Both the position numbers and the translations under genes were made by a program. From an uncultured Chloroflexia bacterium (lineage in GTDB: Bacteria > Chloroflexota > Dehalococcoidia > DSTF01 > JALHUB01), in contig CAVSBT010000030.1 in assembly GCA_963726245.1 (NCBI GenBank), positions 168,295-232,294 on the forward strand: DNA of 64,000 nt, read 5' to 3'. Positions within the stretch are counted from its first letter, which is position 1, and each line of letters opens with the position of its first letter. Below, piece after piece: positions 31,100 through 43,703 of the stretch. The notes under the pieces were generated by a model. It was not told where the DNA came from, did no database searches, and worked only from the letters and a program-made list of their open reading frames with translations.

Positions 31100-31824
31100 G
31101 GCGAATCCGCCACCGACAGCCGGTAGCCCACCCAGGGCACCGTCACCAGGAGCTCGGCGCCTTCGTGGAGGCGCCGCAGCTTGCGTCGTAGGTTCCGCAC
31201 GTGAGCACGCAGGACTTCGGCCCCGCCGGTGCCGGGGTAGAAGCCCCATACCTTGACCAGCAGTTCCTCAGTCGTAAGGGCCAGGTTGGGCTTGTCCATG
31301 AACTCGCGGAAGAGGCGACATTCGACGGGCGTCAGCCGCACCCGGCGACCCTGCCCGTCCGGGACCGTCCAGCGCAGGAAGCGCCCGACAGGTTCCAGCG
31401 AGAGAGGCCCGGCGCGCAGGGTCCGCGCCTGCCCCGGGGCAGCGCCATCGGCGGCCGGCAGCAGACCTGCCACCGCCTCCACAAGCCCTGCGGCGTCAAG
31501 AGGACGGCCCAGGTAGGCGTCTACGCCGGGCCGGAGAGCCGGGGGGAGCGCACCATCCACCTGGAGGGCGGCCCGAGGCCCCAGGAAAAGGACAGGCACG
31601 CGGGCCCGGTCCGGGTCCGCCCGCAGCCAGCGGCAGAACTCGTCGGCCGGCAGCCCGGGGGCGCCCAGGTCCAGCGCCACCAGGTCAGCCCTCAGCGTGT
31701 GCAGGGCCCGCAGCCCCTCGTCGCTGCTGGCGGCGTCCGTTACCAGGTGCCCCCGCGCGGCCAGGGCTCCCCTCACAGCGTCGCAGGCCCGCCGGTCCGA
31801 GGAGATGACCAGTACAGTGGCCAA
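31096..31824 (-). CDS. OmpR-family response regulator with atypical receiver domain
   Basis: REC-like N-terminus and winged helix (LTPVE...VRNLRRKL...VGYRL). Confidence 0.85.
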   Translation of the reverse strand: MATVLVISSDRRACDAVRGALAARGHLVTDAASSDEGLRALHTLRADLVALDLGAPGLPADEFCRWLRADPDRARVPVLFLGPRAALQVDGALPPALRPGVDAYLGRPLDAAGLVEAVAGLLPAADGAAPGQARTLRAGPLSLEPVGRFLRWTVPDGQGRRVRLTPVECRLFREFMDKPNLALTTEELLVKVWGFYPGTGGAEVLRAHVRNLRRKLRRLHEGAELLVTVPWVGYRLSVADSP

Positions 31825-31905
31825 CGCGACCTCCCCCTAGCACCCTTGTTGGCCCCTTGCCCCCGCTGCTACAATTGAAGTTCGGCGATAGACACCTAGC
31901 ACCGC

Positions 31906-34872
<2,967 letters not shown>

Positions 34873-34875
34873 GCT

Positions 34876-35550
34876 TTGCGGGACGAAATCCTCACCTACT
34901 GGGAGATGTGCGCCCGAGAAAGGGGCTCCCTGCAGCGCGGCATGTATTTCCGCGACCCTCCGGCGGTTTCTGTCGTACTCATGTCCCGACGGCCAGGGGC
35001 ACCGTATGAGGATTCCCTGTCAGCGGACGGAACCGAGCTGATCTACGAAGGTCATGACGTGAGGAGAGAAACGGGTGTCGACCCCAAGTCAGCGGATCAG
35101 CCCTGGGCGCTGCCGTCGGGCGAGCCAACCGAGAACGCCAAGTTTGCGCGAGCCTCGGAGGAATCGAGGATGGACAGGCCATTGGTTCGCGTATATGAGA
35201 AGATTCGCCCTGGGATTTGGTCGGACAAGGGCCTCTTCGACCTCGTTGACTACGCGTACAAGCACGTGGGCGCTCGAAAGGTTTTCAGGTTCCGTATGCG
35301 GCTGTCCGCGACCCCAGACGACGTTGTGCCGGGACCACTGACGGAGGAATTCAAGAGAGCGATCCCTGCATGGGTGAAGCAGGTCGTCTACAAGCGCGAC
35401 AAAGGCCGCTGTGTGCTCTGCGGTGCGCAAGACCAGCTTCACTTCGATCATGACCTGCCGTTCGCCAAAGGCGGAAGTGGTCTCACCCCAGCAAACGTCC
35501 GCGTTCTCTGCGCGCGTCACAACCTGCAAAAGGGTGCGAGGATACAGTAG
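34876..35550 (+). CDS. HNH endonuclease with N-terminal SRA/PUA-like domain
   Basis: VYKRDKGRCVLCG...HFDH...NVRVLCARHN; N-terminal PYED...LIYEGH; codon style differs from uvrA. Confidence 0.8.
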   Translation: MRDEILTYWEMCARERGSLQRGMYFRDPPAVSVVLMSRRPGAPYEDSLSADGTELIYEGHDVRRETGVDPKSADQPWALPSGEPTENAKFARASEESRMDRPLVRVYEKIRPGIWSDKGLFDLVDYAYKHVGARKVFRFRMRLSATPDDVVPGPLTEEFKRAIPAWVKQVVYKRDKGRCVLCGAQDQLHFDHDLPFAKGGSGLTPANVRVLCARHNLQKGARIQ

Positions 35551-35577
35551 CAGGGGCGCTTCGCGAACCGCCCCTGC
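35550..35577. repeat. REP palindrome
   Basis: GCAGGGGCGCTTCGCGAACCGCCCCTGC, a variant of the 43676-43703 copy. Confidence 0.8.
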
Positions 35578-35597
35578 ATCAACGCAGGCAGTAGAGC

Positions 35598-36185
35598 GTG
35601 GCAACACGACCCAGCACGGCACCACCGCCGCTCAATCCGGCTGCCGGCGTATGACTACGCGCAGCCCGGCGCGTATTTCGTCACACTGGCTCCCAAGACC
35701 GGGAGTGCTGTTCGGGCAGGTCATTGATGACGAGATGCGTCCGAATGCCCTGGGTGAGATGGTCGCGGAGCAGTTTCGGCGGACCGGCGCAGATCCGTCA
35801 GAGAGGTGGACTGACACTTCGTGGTCATGCCCAACCATATCCACGGCATCGTCATCATCGGCGACCAACCCGTAGGGGCGCACGGCCGTGCGCCCCTACA
35901 CCCGGCGCCCCTACGATCGTTCGCCACGGTCTCTGGTTTCGTTCGTCGCCGGGTTCAAATCCGCCGCTACCAAACGGATCAACGCAATACGATGGAACCC
36001 CCGCTCTGCCCGTGTGGCAGCGCAACTACTATGAACACGTCATCCGCGATGAAGAGGAACTGAACCGCGTCCGGCAGTACGTCATCGACAACCCGGCGCG
36101 CTGGCAGGAGGACCCCGAGAACCCGGCCTACCAGCCGCAGCCGGCCGCGCCTGACCCGGGCCACCAGAGGGCGGCGTCCTCGTAG
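35598..36185 (+). mobile_element. REP-associated tyrosine transposase (RAYT/TnpA-REP, Y1 HUH), multiply frameshifted
   Basis: RRSIRLPAYDYAQPGAYFVT, VVMPNHIHG (HUH) and WQRNYYEHVIRDEEELNRVRQYVIDNP, spread over several frames. Confidence 0.9.
35872..35899. repeat. GTAG REP within RAYT
   Basis: GTAGGGGCGCACGGCCGTGCGCCCCTAC, perfect palindrome identical to 42215-42242. Confidence 0.9.
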
Positions 36186-36239
36186 GGGCAGGCCCCGTGC
36201 CTGCCCTGATTCTGGGCGACCACAGGGGGTCGCCCCTAC
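36182..36239. repeat. REP doublet (REPIN-like)
   Basis: GTAGGGGCAGGC..GCCTGCCC, a spacer, then GGGCGACC..GGTCGCCCCTAC; supplies the RAYT stop codon. Confidence 0.85.
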
Positions 36240-36274
36240 GATGTCGTTGATGATGGAATGTTGGCAGCGACCCG

Positions 36275-36745
36275 CTACGCCTTGGCTGCCCGCCCGTCGC
36301 GCCAGGCGCGAATCATCGCTGCGTGCTCCTTGAAGTGAGCGATGGCGCCCTCGTCGAACATCCTGTTGGCCGTCTTGCCCTCCCCAAAGCGCTCATCCGG
36401 GAGCTTCGCCGCCGCCTCCTTGAAGGCATCGAGGGCGTGCTCCAGCTCACTCAGCACCTCGGCCCGCTGCTTACCCATGGCGTGATGGGCGAAGGTATCG
36501 TTCCAATGCTGGACATCGTTCCAGTCAACGCCAGCAGGCGCCGGCCTTTCGCCCCTGCTCATCCGCTCCAGACCGCCGCCGAACTGCCCGAGCCATCCTG
36601 CAACGTGAGCCACGATCTCACGCACCCCCCACTGACCATCAAGCCATTTCGTCTCGAACTGGACCTCGTCCAAGCCCTCCAACGTCGAGCGGAAGTCCGC
36701 GTACGCCGCATCAAGGCGATCCACAAGCTGCTCTCTGGTCGACAT
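36275..36745 (-). CDS. DinB/DUF1706-like four-helix bundle protein
   Basis: WGVREIVAHVAGW...HFKEH; AGGAGGAG RBS. Confidence 0.85.
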   Translation of the reverse strand: MSTREQLVDRLDAAYADFRSTLEGLDEVQFETKWLDGQWGVREIVAHVAGWLGQFGGGLERMSRGERPAPAGVDWNDVQHWNDTFAHHAMGKQRAEVLSELEHALDAFKEAAAKLPDERFGEGKTANRMFDEGAIAHFKEHAAMIRAWRDGRAAKA

Positions 36746-36840
36746 GACGCTCCTCCTGAGCAAGGTCTCTCCCCCACTCCTGGGCCTCTGACGCCACCTC
36801 CTCATTGAAGCACCGGTGAGAAACGCCTGTCAAACGGATG

Positions 36841-36868
36841 GTAGGGGCGCACGCCCACGCGCCCCTAC
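36841..36868. repeat. GTAG REP
   Basis: GTAGGGGCGC-acgcccac-GCGCCCCTAC. Confidence 0.85.
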
Positions 36869-36981
36869 GTCGCGTTCGCCACCCTCGTGCCGCCACCTCT
36901 GGCGCGCCCCGCCGCCGTCCGCTATCATTTCGCCGACCGTGGTGCGGCTTCCACGGCTGCATGGGAAGAGGGGAGGCAACT

Positions 36982-38508
36982 TTGGGTGTCGCTGAGGCCG
37001 CGCCTCGGAGGGTGACGTCGCCGTGGGCATCGGCGGCCGCCCTCCTGGATCGGGCCCTGGAGTTCGACTTCACACGGCCGCGGGCCTTCCTGGCCCTGGC
37101 GGCCGTGTACGTGGCCATCCGCATCCCCTGGCTGAACCTGGGCTACGGCACCGACCCCGACGCCTGGCGGGTCGCCCTCTCCGCCCATCACCTGCTGGAC
37201 GCTGCCGAATACCTTCCCTCCCGCCTGCCCGGCTACCCCCTCCACGAGTTCGTTACGGCCCTCTTCGTGAAAGGCGGCTGGGTCTGGACCAACCTGTCGA
37301 CGGCGCTGGTGTCGCTGCTGGGGGTCTACATCTTCGCCCGCCTCGCCGCCGACCGGCGGCTGCCCGCGCGAGGCGCCCTCACCATCGCCTTCGCCTTCGC
37401 GCCGCTGCTCTGGATCAACAGCGTCACCACCATGGACTACATGTGGGCGCTGACCGGCATCCTGGGGAGCTACTGGCTGACCAGCAGAGGCCGCCCGGGC
37501 CTGGCCGGGGCCTGCCTAGGGCTGGCCGTCGGCTTCCGCATGACTTCCGGAGCGGTGGCCCTACCCCTGGGCCTCCTCCTCTGGCGCGACGGCCGCACCC
37601 GCGACCTGCCCCGCTTCCTTGGCGCGCTGGTCGCCGTTTCGCTGCTGGCTTACACGCCGGTCATCGCCGTCTACGGGCTGCGCTTCCTCAACTTCTACGA
37701 CGCCTCCGTGACCTGGCAGTCCTTCCTGAACCGGCTAGGCAAGGACGCCCTGGGCATCCTGGGGGCCCTGGCCGTGCTGGCCGGCCTCGCCTTCTCCTGG
37801 CGGAACCTGCGCCGCCTGCCCGACGACCTGCGCAGCGACCCTCACGTCCTGGTGTGGGTCGCCATGGTTGTCCTCTACTTCGCCTCCTTCGCCCGCCTGC
37901 CCCATGAGATCGCCTACCTTATCCCCGTCTTCCCCTTCGGGCTCTTCCTGATGGCCCGCTACTTCCGCCCGGCGGCCCTGCGAGCCGCCCTGGCCGTCAT
38001 CCTCCTCGCCGGCTTCGTCGACATCACCTCGCCTGGGGACACGGTGAACCTGCACACCTTCGCCAACGCGCGCCTGGGCGAGGGCATGCTCCTCTCCGAC
38101 CTCGACACGCTGCAGAACCAGACGGACTTCGCTGAAGAGGTGTGGCAGGCGGAGGTGCCGGCGCATTCGGTGGTACTGACGGGCTTCATCTTCCCGGAGC
38201 TCACCGTCCTCCACCGCGACGAGCTCCGCTTCGGCATCCTTGACCGCGATTACGGGGCCATCAGCATGCTCTCCGACCGGGGCGAGGCCGTGGACGAAGC
38301 GCGGGATGTCCGCTACGTGTGGCTGCTCAAGTACCAGGACTTCCTGGTGCTGAGGCAGGAGGGGTACCGCTTCTACTACGTCGTGGACGCCCGTCGCAGC
38401 ACGGCCGGCCTCTTCGACTACCGGCCGCCCTACTACGGCGCCAAGAAGCTGGACCTGGAGAGGGAGTCGCCCTCGGCGGGCAAGGGAGCGGCGCAGACGC
38501 AGCGCTAG
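36982..38508 (+). CDS. Polytopic membrane protein, GT-C glycosyltransferase-like
   Basis: About 11 TM segments; GTDPDAW in the first loop and PSRLPGYPLHE. Confidence 0.7.
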   Translation: MGVAEAAPRRVTSPWASAAALLDRALEFDFTRPRAFLALAAVYVAIRIPWLNLGYGTDPDAWRVALSAHHLLDAAEYLPSRLPGYPLHEFVTALFVKGGWVWTNLSTALVSLLGVYIFARLAADRRLPARGALTIAFAFAPLLWINSVTTMDYMWALTGILGSYWLTSRGRPGLAGACLGLAVGFRMTSGAVALPLGLLLWRDGRTRDLPRFLGALVAVSLLAYTPVIAVYGLRFLNFYDASVTWQSFLNRLGKDALGILGALAVLAGLAFSWRNLRRLPDDLRSDPHVLVWVAMVVLYFASFARLPHEIAYLIPVFPFGLFLMARYFRPAALRAALAVILLAGFVDITSPGDTVNLHTFANARLGEGMLLSDLDTLQNQTDFAEEVWQAEVPAHSVVLTGFIFPELTVLHRDELRFGILDRDYGAISMLSDRGEAVDEARDVRYVWLLKYQDFLVLRQEGYRFYYVVDARRSTAGLFDYRPPYYGAKKLDLERESPSAGKGAAQTQR

Positions 38509-39797
38509 CGCCGGCGGAGCACAATCACGGCGGCGCCCGCGAAGCCGCCGGCGACGACCACCGTGAGCACACCCACCACCACGAGCGCCACGACTGGCAC
38601 ACCTCCGCCGTTCTGGCCGGCCGCCGCCTGTCCCTGCTCTCCCGCGCCGAAGGGCGTGAGCTGCGGCAGCGGCTGCGGTGTTTGACCCTGCCCTCCCGTG
38701 ATGACGCGCTCCGGGAGGCCCACGCTTTGGCGCCAGGCGTTCTCCAGGCCGTCCTGGTCGAAGCCGTAGACCTTCATGAGGGCGTCGTCTGTGCGGCTAC
38801 CGTCCCGGAATGCGGCCAGCAGCTCGCGGAACTTGTCCTCGCCGTACTGGTCGATCAGGAAGCGGACGACGCTGTACGACTGCCCGTAGAAGAGGCCGAC
38901 ACTGCTGCCGCTCGCACCAACGGTAGCCGAAGAGAGGCTGCGGATGGTGAAGGGCCGGTTGCTCTTGATGGCCGCGTCCAGGGCGCTCATCATTTCGGGC
39001 AGCGGCCCGGACTGGCCGTAGACGGCGACGCCCTCTTCGAGCCAGGCAGGCAGGTTCGCGAAGGGCCCCTTGACGGCGCTGTGCATGACGATGTGGCTGA
39101 GCTCGTGCCTCAAGATGTCTGAGGCTGCGCTGTCGCGGGCCACCACCGCGGTGTCGGAGACCACCACCTCGCCGAGAGTCACGACACCCTGCTCCGGCGA
39201 GAGCTGGCCGGACAAGAGCACCGGCTGCATGTCCTCAGCGCTGTCATAGAGGAAGACCTTCACCGGGTAGTCCACGTGGGTCCCCAGCAGGCTCCCCATG
39301 CGCGTCAGCGTGTCGCGGCCGACGCCGAGCAGGTCGCGCACGTCGCCCTCGGAGCCGCCGTAGTACCAGACCGTGAGGCCGTCGTCGGAGAGGCTCTTCC
39401 ACTGGAAGCGGGTGTCTTCGTACATCGTGCGGCCGGGCTGGGTCTGCGTGGTCCCGCCGGCCTGGTCCGAGATCTCCCAGTAGTAGGTGATCTCGACGCC
39501 GGGTATGAGGAAGTTGCCGGGGGTGCTCTTCAAGTCGAAGGTGCACTGGACGCTGGTCGTGCCGGTGCAGTCGGGCACGCCGTAGGCGCGGCTGCCGTCG
39601 GGGGCGATAGCGTAGCGGAAGCGGACCTCCTTGACCGGCTGCTGGCTCTCGAAGTCCAGCGTGAAGACGATGCCACTGGGGAAGTCGTTGCGCGCCTCCT
39701 CGGAGCGGACGTCTACGCCCTGCTGAGCCCGACCGAACGCCGGCCAGAGGCCGCAGCCGAGGGCCACAATCGCCACCAGTAGAGTCAGGCGTCTCAC
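38505..39797 (-). CDS. Secreted, membrane-anchored peptidase MA family metalloprotease
   Basis: Signal peptide, HELSH...WLEEGVA zinc motif and C-terminal TM followed by RRR. Confidence 0.88.
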   Translation of the reverse strand: MRRLTLLVAIVALGCGLWPAFGRAQQGVDVRSEEARNDFPSGIVFTLDFESQQPVKEVRFRYAIAPDGSRAYGVPDCTGTTSVQCTFDLKSTPGNFLIPGVEITYYWEISDQAGGTTQTQPGRTMYEDTRFQWKSLSDDGLTVWYYGGSEGDVRDLLGVGRDTLTRMGSLLGTHVDYPVKVFLYDSAEDMQPVLLSGQLSPEQGVVTLGEVVVSDTAVVARDSAASDILRHELSHIVMHSAVKGPFANLPAWLEEGVAVYGQSGPLPEMMSALDAAIKSNRPFTIRSLSSATVGASGSSVGLFYGQSYSVVRFLIDQYGEDKFRELLAAFRDGSRTDDALMKVYGFDQDGLENAWRQSVGLPERVITGGQGQTPQPLPQLTPFGAGEQGQAAAGQNGGGVPVVALVVVGVLTVVVAGGFAGAAVIVLRRR

Positions 39798-40901
39798 TGT
39801 CCGTTCCCTCCCAGGGTGTGCTTCAGGTAGGCAGCCAGCAGGTCGTCAATCTCGCCCTCGAGGACGGCGGCGGCATCGCTGGTCTCGAAGCCGGTGCGGT
39901 GGTCCTTGACCATCTTGTACGGGTGTAGCACGTAGCTGCGGATCTGGTTGCCCCAGCCGGCGGCGACGTGCTCGCCTTTGAGGCGCGTCTGCTCCTCGGC
40001 CTTTCTCTCCAGCTCTCGCTCCAGGAGACGCGCCTCCAGCACCTTCATGGCGGACATGCGGTTACGGTACTGGGAGCGCTCGTTCTGGCAGGTGACGACG
40101 ATGCCTGAGGGCAGATGGGTGATGCGGACGGCGGTGGCGTTCTTCTGCACGTTTTGACCGCCGTGGCTGCTCGCCCGGAACACGTCGATTCGCAGGTCGT
40201 CGGGCTCGATTACCACCTCAGCGCCCTCCTCCGCCTCGGGCATCACCTCCACCAGGGCGAAAGAGGTGTGGCGGGCATGCCCGGCGTCGAACGGCGAGAG
40301 GCGCACCAGCCGGTGGACGCCGCGCTCACTCTTCAGGTAGCCGAAGGCGTTGAGCCCCGCCACCTCGACGGTGACGCTCTTCAGGCCCGCCTCATCGCCT
40401 GGAGCCAGGTCCAGGATATCGGCTTGGTAGCCGCGCCGCTCGGCCCAGCGCAGGTACATGCGGAGGAGCATCTCGGCCCAGTCCATCGACTCGACGCCGC
40501 CGGCGCCGGCGTGGATGGCCAGGATGGCGCTGCGGACGTCGTAGCGGCCGGAGAAGGAGAGCTCGAACTCCAGTTGGTCCAGCCGGGCGGCCAGGGCGCC
40601 CACCTCCGACGTCAGGTCGGCGACCAGGGCCTCTTCTTCCTCGGCCCCGGGCAGCTCGACCAGCCCGCGGAGCTCGCGCTGGCGGGCCTCCAGGCCGCGC
40701 CAGGTCTCGACCTTCTGGCGGACCTCGGCCAGGCGCTTCATGGTCTCCTGGGCGGCCTGCGCGTCGTCCCAGAAGTCGGGGCGCGCCGACGCCTTTTCGA
40801 GGCGCTGAAGCTCCTGCTCGGCAGCCGGCACGTCAAAGACGCACCATGGCGTGAGATATGCGGGCCTCCAGTTCGGCGAGTTTGTCCTTCATCTCCTGCA
40901 T
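39794..40901 (-). CDS. prfB: Peptide chain release factor 2 with programmed +1 frameshift
   Basis: SPF and GGQ motifs; short first ORF ends at CTT TGA C (40838-40832). Confidence 0.97.
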
Positions 40902-40933
40902 CGATGCTTGTCTCCAGGAACCGGGGCTGGGGA

Positions 40934-41031
40934 GGGCATAGCGCATAGTCCACGGGGCAAAGCCCCGGCATGCTATGCACTCTGCCCTATGTCCCATGTC
41001 CCACAAACACCTGTTGCTGTCGCTTGTTGCC
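40934..41031. repeat. Inverted heptamer array (GGGCATA / TATGTCC type)
   Basis: GGGCATA GCGCATA GTCCACG GGGCAAA ... TATGCAC TCTGCCC TATGTCC CATGTCC. Confidence 0.7.
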
Positions 41032-41704
41032 GTTTCACTCCACGCCCGCCCGCCGCCTGATGAGCGAGCCGCGTCGGCTCCGGCAGGCGCAGGCCGCGAC
41101 AGCAGCGCAGCACCCACTCTGCCGCCTCCGCCAGCCCGATGCGGTGCCCGGCAGAGACGTAGACGGGGTTCACCCCGTCCCGCGTGCGCAGCACGGCGCC
41201 GATGACCTCGCCGCCGTCGAGGAGCGGGGCCTGCGAGCCAGCGGCCCACTCAGGCTCGGCGTGCTCGCCGCAGAGGCGCGACTTGGCGCAGCCGATGGCC
41301 GGCACGTCGAGGAGGAGCCCCAGGTGGCAGGCCAGCCCGAAGCGCCTCGGGTGGGCGAACCCCTGGCCGTCCACGAGCAAGAGGTCGGGCTTTCGCACCC
41401 GCGACAGCGGCTCCAGTAGCACCGGCACCTCCCGGAAGGAGAGGAGCCCCGGCACGTACGGGAAGGTCACCTCTGTTTCCACCACCGACTGCTCCAGGAG
41501 CTCCAGAGCGGGGTAGCTGAGGACGACCACGGCCGCGCGGGCGGGGGCCCGTCTGCCCTTCTCGAGGACGGCGATGTCCACGCCAGCGACCGTGCGCACC
41601 TCGCCGGGGTCGCCCGAGCACACCACCTGCGGGGCCAGCCGGCTCTGGGTCGCCATGGCCTCGGGGATGCTGAGGTCCCAGCCGTGCAGCGTTCGGATCT
41701 CCAC
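40973..41704 (-). CDS. nfi: Endonuclease V
   Basis: AGVD, FPYVPGLLSFRE, VDGQG.AHPRRFG.ACH and RLPEPTR.AH; C-terminus runs into the heptamer array. Confidence 0.95.
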   Translation of the reverse strand: MEIRTLHGWDLSIPEAMATQSRLAPQVVCSGDPGEVRTVAGVDIAVLEKGRRAPARAAVVVLSYPALELLEQSVVETEVTFPYVPGLLSFREVPVLLEPLSRVRKPDLLLVDGQGFAHPRRFGLACHLGLLLDVPAIGCAKSRLCGEHAEPEWAAGSQAPLLDGGEVIGAVLRTRDGVNPVYVSAGHRIGLAEAAEWVLRCCRGLRLPEPTRLAHQAAGGRGVKRQQATATGVCGTWDIGQSA

Positions 41705-41786
41705 AGAAGCATTATAGCCGGGCGCTCGCCGTTGCCTCTATGCGGGGCCGTGCTATGATCCTGCGAGACCGGCCCGGGAAGACCCG

Positions 41787-42218
41787 ATGAAGGCGTCCTT
41801 CATGCCCCTCATGCCGTCGCGCGCCGCCCGCCTGGTAGCCCTGGCTGCTGCCGCGCTCCTGCTGGCCGGCTGCGGCATCAGCCTGAGCAACGGCGGCGCC
41901 TCCTCCGAGCTGTTCTCGAAGCTGAGCATCCAGGGCGACGCCGTCGCGGGAAGCGAGATGAGCCTCCAGGTCACCTACAAGCAGCGCTACCCGGTAGCCG
42001 TGGACGTCAGTTGCTTCCTGGTGGATCCGGGTCGCAGCCGCCGCCTCCTGGGCCGCGACACGCTGCCTGCCGACCCCGACACCTCGCCGAAGCCGACCCC
42101 TGTCGCCGGCGCCAGCACCTTCCGCTTCCGGGTGCAGATGCCCGGTAGCTACGTGGCCCTCTGCAACACCCCTCTGGACCCGGACAACTTCATCAGCAAG
42201 AAGTTCCGCGTGAAGTAG
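41787..42218 (+). CDS. Hypothetical lipoprotein
   Basis: LLAGC lipobox; stop codon lies in the REP at 42215. Confidence 0.7.
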   Translation: MKASFMPLMPSRAARLVALAAAALLLAGCGISLSNGGASSELFSKLSIQGDAVAGSEMSLQVTYKQRYPVAVDVSCFLVDPGRSRRLLGRDTLPADPDTSPKPTPVAGASTFRFRVQMPGSYVALCNTPLDPDNFISKKFRVK

Positions 42219-42242
42219 GGGCGCACGGCCGTGCGCCCCTAC
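42215..42242. repeat. GTAG REP
   Basis: GTAGGGGCGCACGGCCGTGCGCCCCTAC. Confidence 0.9.
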
Positions 42243-42270
42243 TCAGCGAACGCAGACAGGCGAGGCAGGG

Positions 42271-43638
42271 CTAGCCAGCCGGCCCGCGCCACCAATCGAA
42301 GAGCATGTCCCAGCTCACATGCCCGTAGTTCCCTAACCACAAGGGGGAGGGCTCGGGCGCCGATGTCAGCTCGTCGATGATTTGGCGGGGTTCGCCGCCT
42401 GGCACCGGCACAAGCCACAGCGAGGCGCGATCCTCGGCGTTGAGCCGCGCGAAGAGAATGGACGCGCCGTCGGCCGACCAAAGCGGGTACTCGTCGCGGT
42501 AGGCTGGGTCGTCCGTAAGTTGCCGGGCTTGCGGGTCTCCCTGGGTATTCGCCACAGAGATGCGGCGCTGCATCAGCCCCTGGTGGGCCGTTTCCCCGCC
42601 CACCAGATCGCCCGCATCGGGCATGGTGACATAGGCGATGCGCTGACCGTCGGGCGACCAGGCAGGAGACGAGGCTACCAGATCTGGTGGGGTGAGTACC
42701 ACATCCAGTCCTGCGGATACCGAGAGGATGTGCAGGACCTTGTTCGTCCAAGCGCCCCGATAGCTCCCGACGACCACGGCGACCCAATCGGTACCCGCGG
42801 GTCCGGGCACCAGGAAATCCGGGTGGAGGAGCACGGCCCCGGCCAGTTGCACGCTGGCGCCGCCCTCCGCGGGCACGGCGTACAGCGGCGCGCCGTCGGC
42901 CAGGAGGGACGCGGAGAAGGCGGGATCAGTCCGGTACAGGACGCGTGATCCGTCCGGCGACCAGCCGGCCACTATCAACCCGTAGCCTGACGGTGTGCCA
43001 GCATTCAGCAGTTCGCTCGCATCGCTGCCGTTGGCGCGGGCGCGCCACAAGCTGGCACGTCGCTCGGGGGGTTGTCCGTCCTCCCCTTCTTTCAGCACTT
43101 CCAGCCGATCGTAGGCGAGCCACTCTCCATCCGGGCTCCAGGCCACGTCCAGCACGCCCGTGCCCGGCCCGCCGCCGCTGACAACGAGCTCCTGCCGGTT
43201 CGACCCATCGGCGTCGACCGCCACTAGAACCCCGTCAGATACGAAAACCAGCCGATCGTGCGCCGGCGCCCAAGCGAAGGCACTGGCAGTTGTGCCCTCG
43301 TTCAGCAGGCGGGGCACAGATCCGTCGGCTCGCATCACCCACACCTGGCCATCGCCCTTGCGGAAGGCCAGCCACTCGCCGGAGGGAGACCAGCGCGGCT
43401 CGCGATTCTGGCCGTCGGTCGTGAGGCGCAGCGGCTCCCCGTCGGGAAGAGCCTTGACCCAGATGTCGCCACCCTGCACATAGGCCAGCTTCCCCAGTCC
43501 GACCCCTGAGGTTGGCTGTAGGCCTGGGGAGCCGCCGTGCCTGTGGGCTCGTTCCCTCCGACCTTCTCATTGCCGCCGACAAGCCAGCAGGAGGCCGGCC
43601 GTCAGACCGGCGATCGCGACAAGCAGAAGCTTCTTCAT
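42271..43638 (-). CDS. TolB-like PD40 beta-propeller lipoprotein (frameshifts in the 5' 150 nt)
   Basis: MKKLLL...LLLAC lipobox and repeated P.WSPDG motifs. Confidence 0.85.
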
Positions 43639-43675
43639 CTTCGCCTCCCCTCACCCTCACCAGATCACATGCCAG

Positions 43676-43703
43676 GTAGGGGCGGTTCGCGAACCGCCCC
43701 TAC
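43676..43703. repeat. GTAG REP
   Basis: GTAGGGGCGGTTCGCGAACCGCCCCTAC, perfect palindrome abutting the DUF763 stop. Confidence 0.9.

Noticed and set aside
35550-43703. CRISPR array
   Set aside because: The 28-bp palindromes are dispersed, irregularly spaced, RAYT-associated REPs; no spacers or cas genes.
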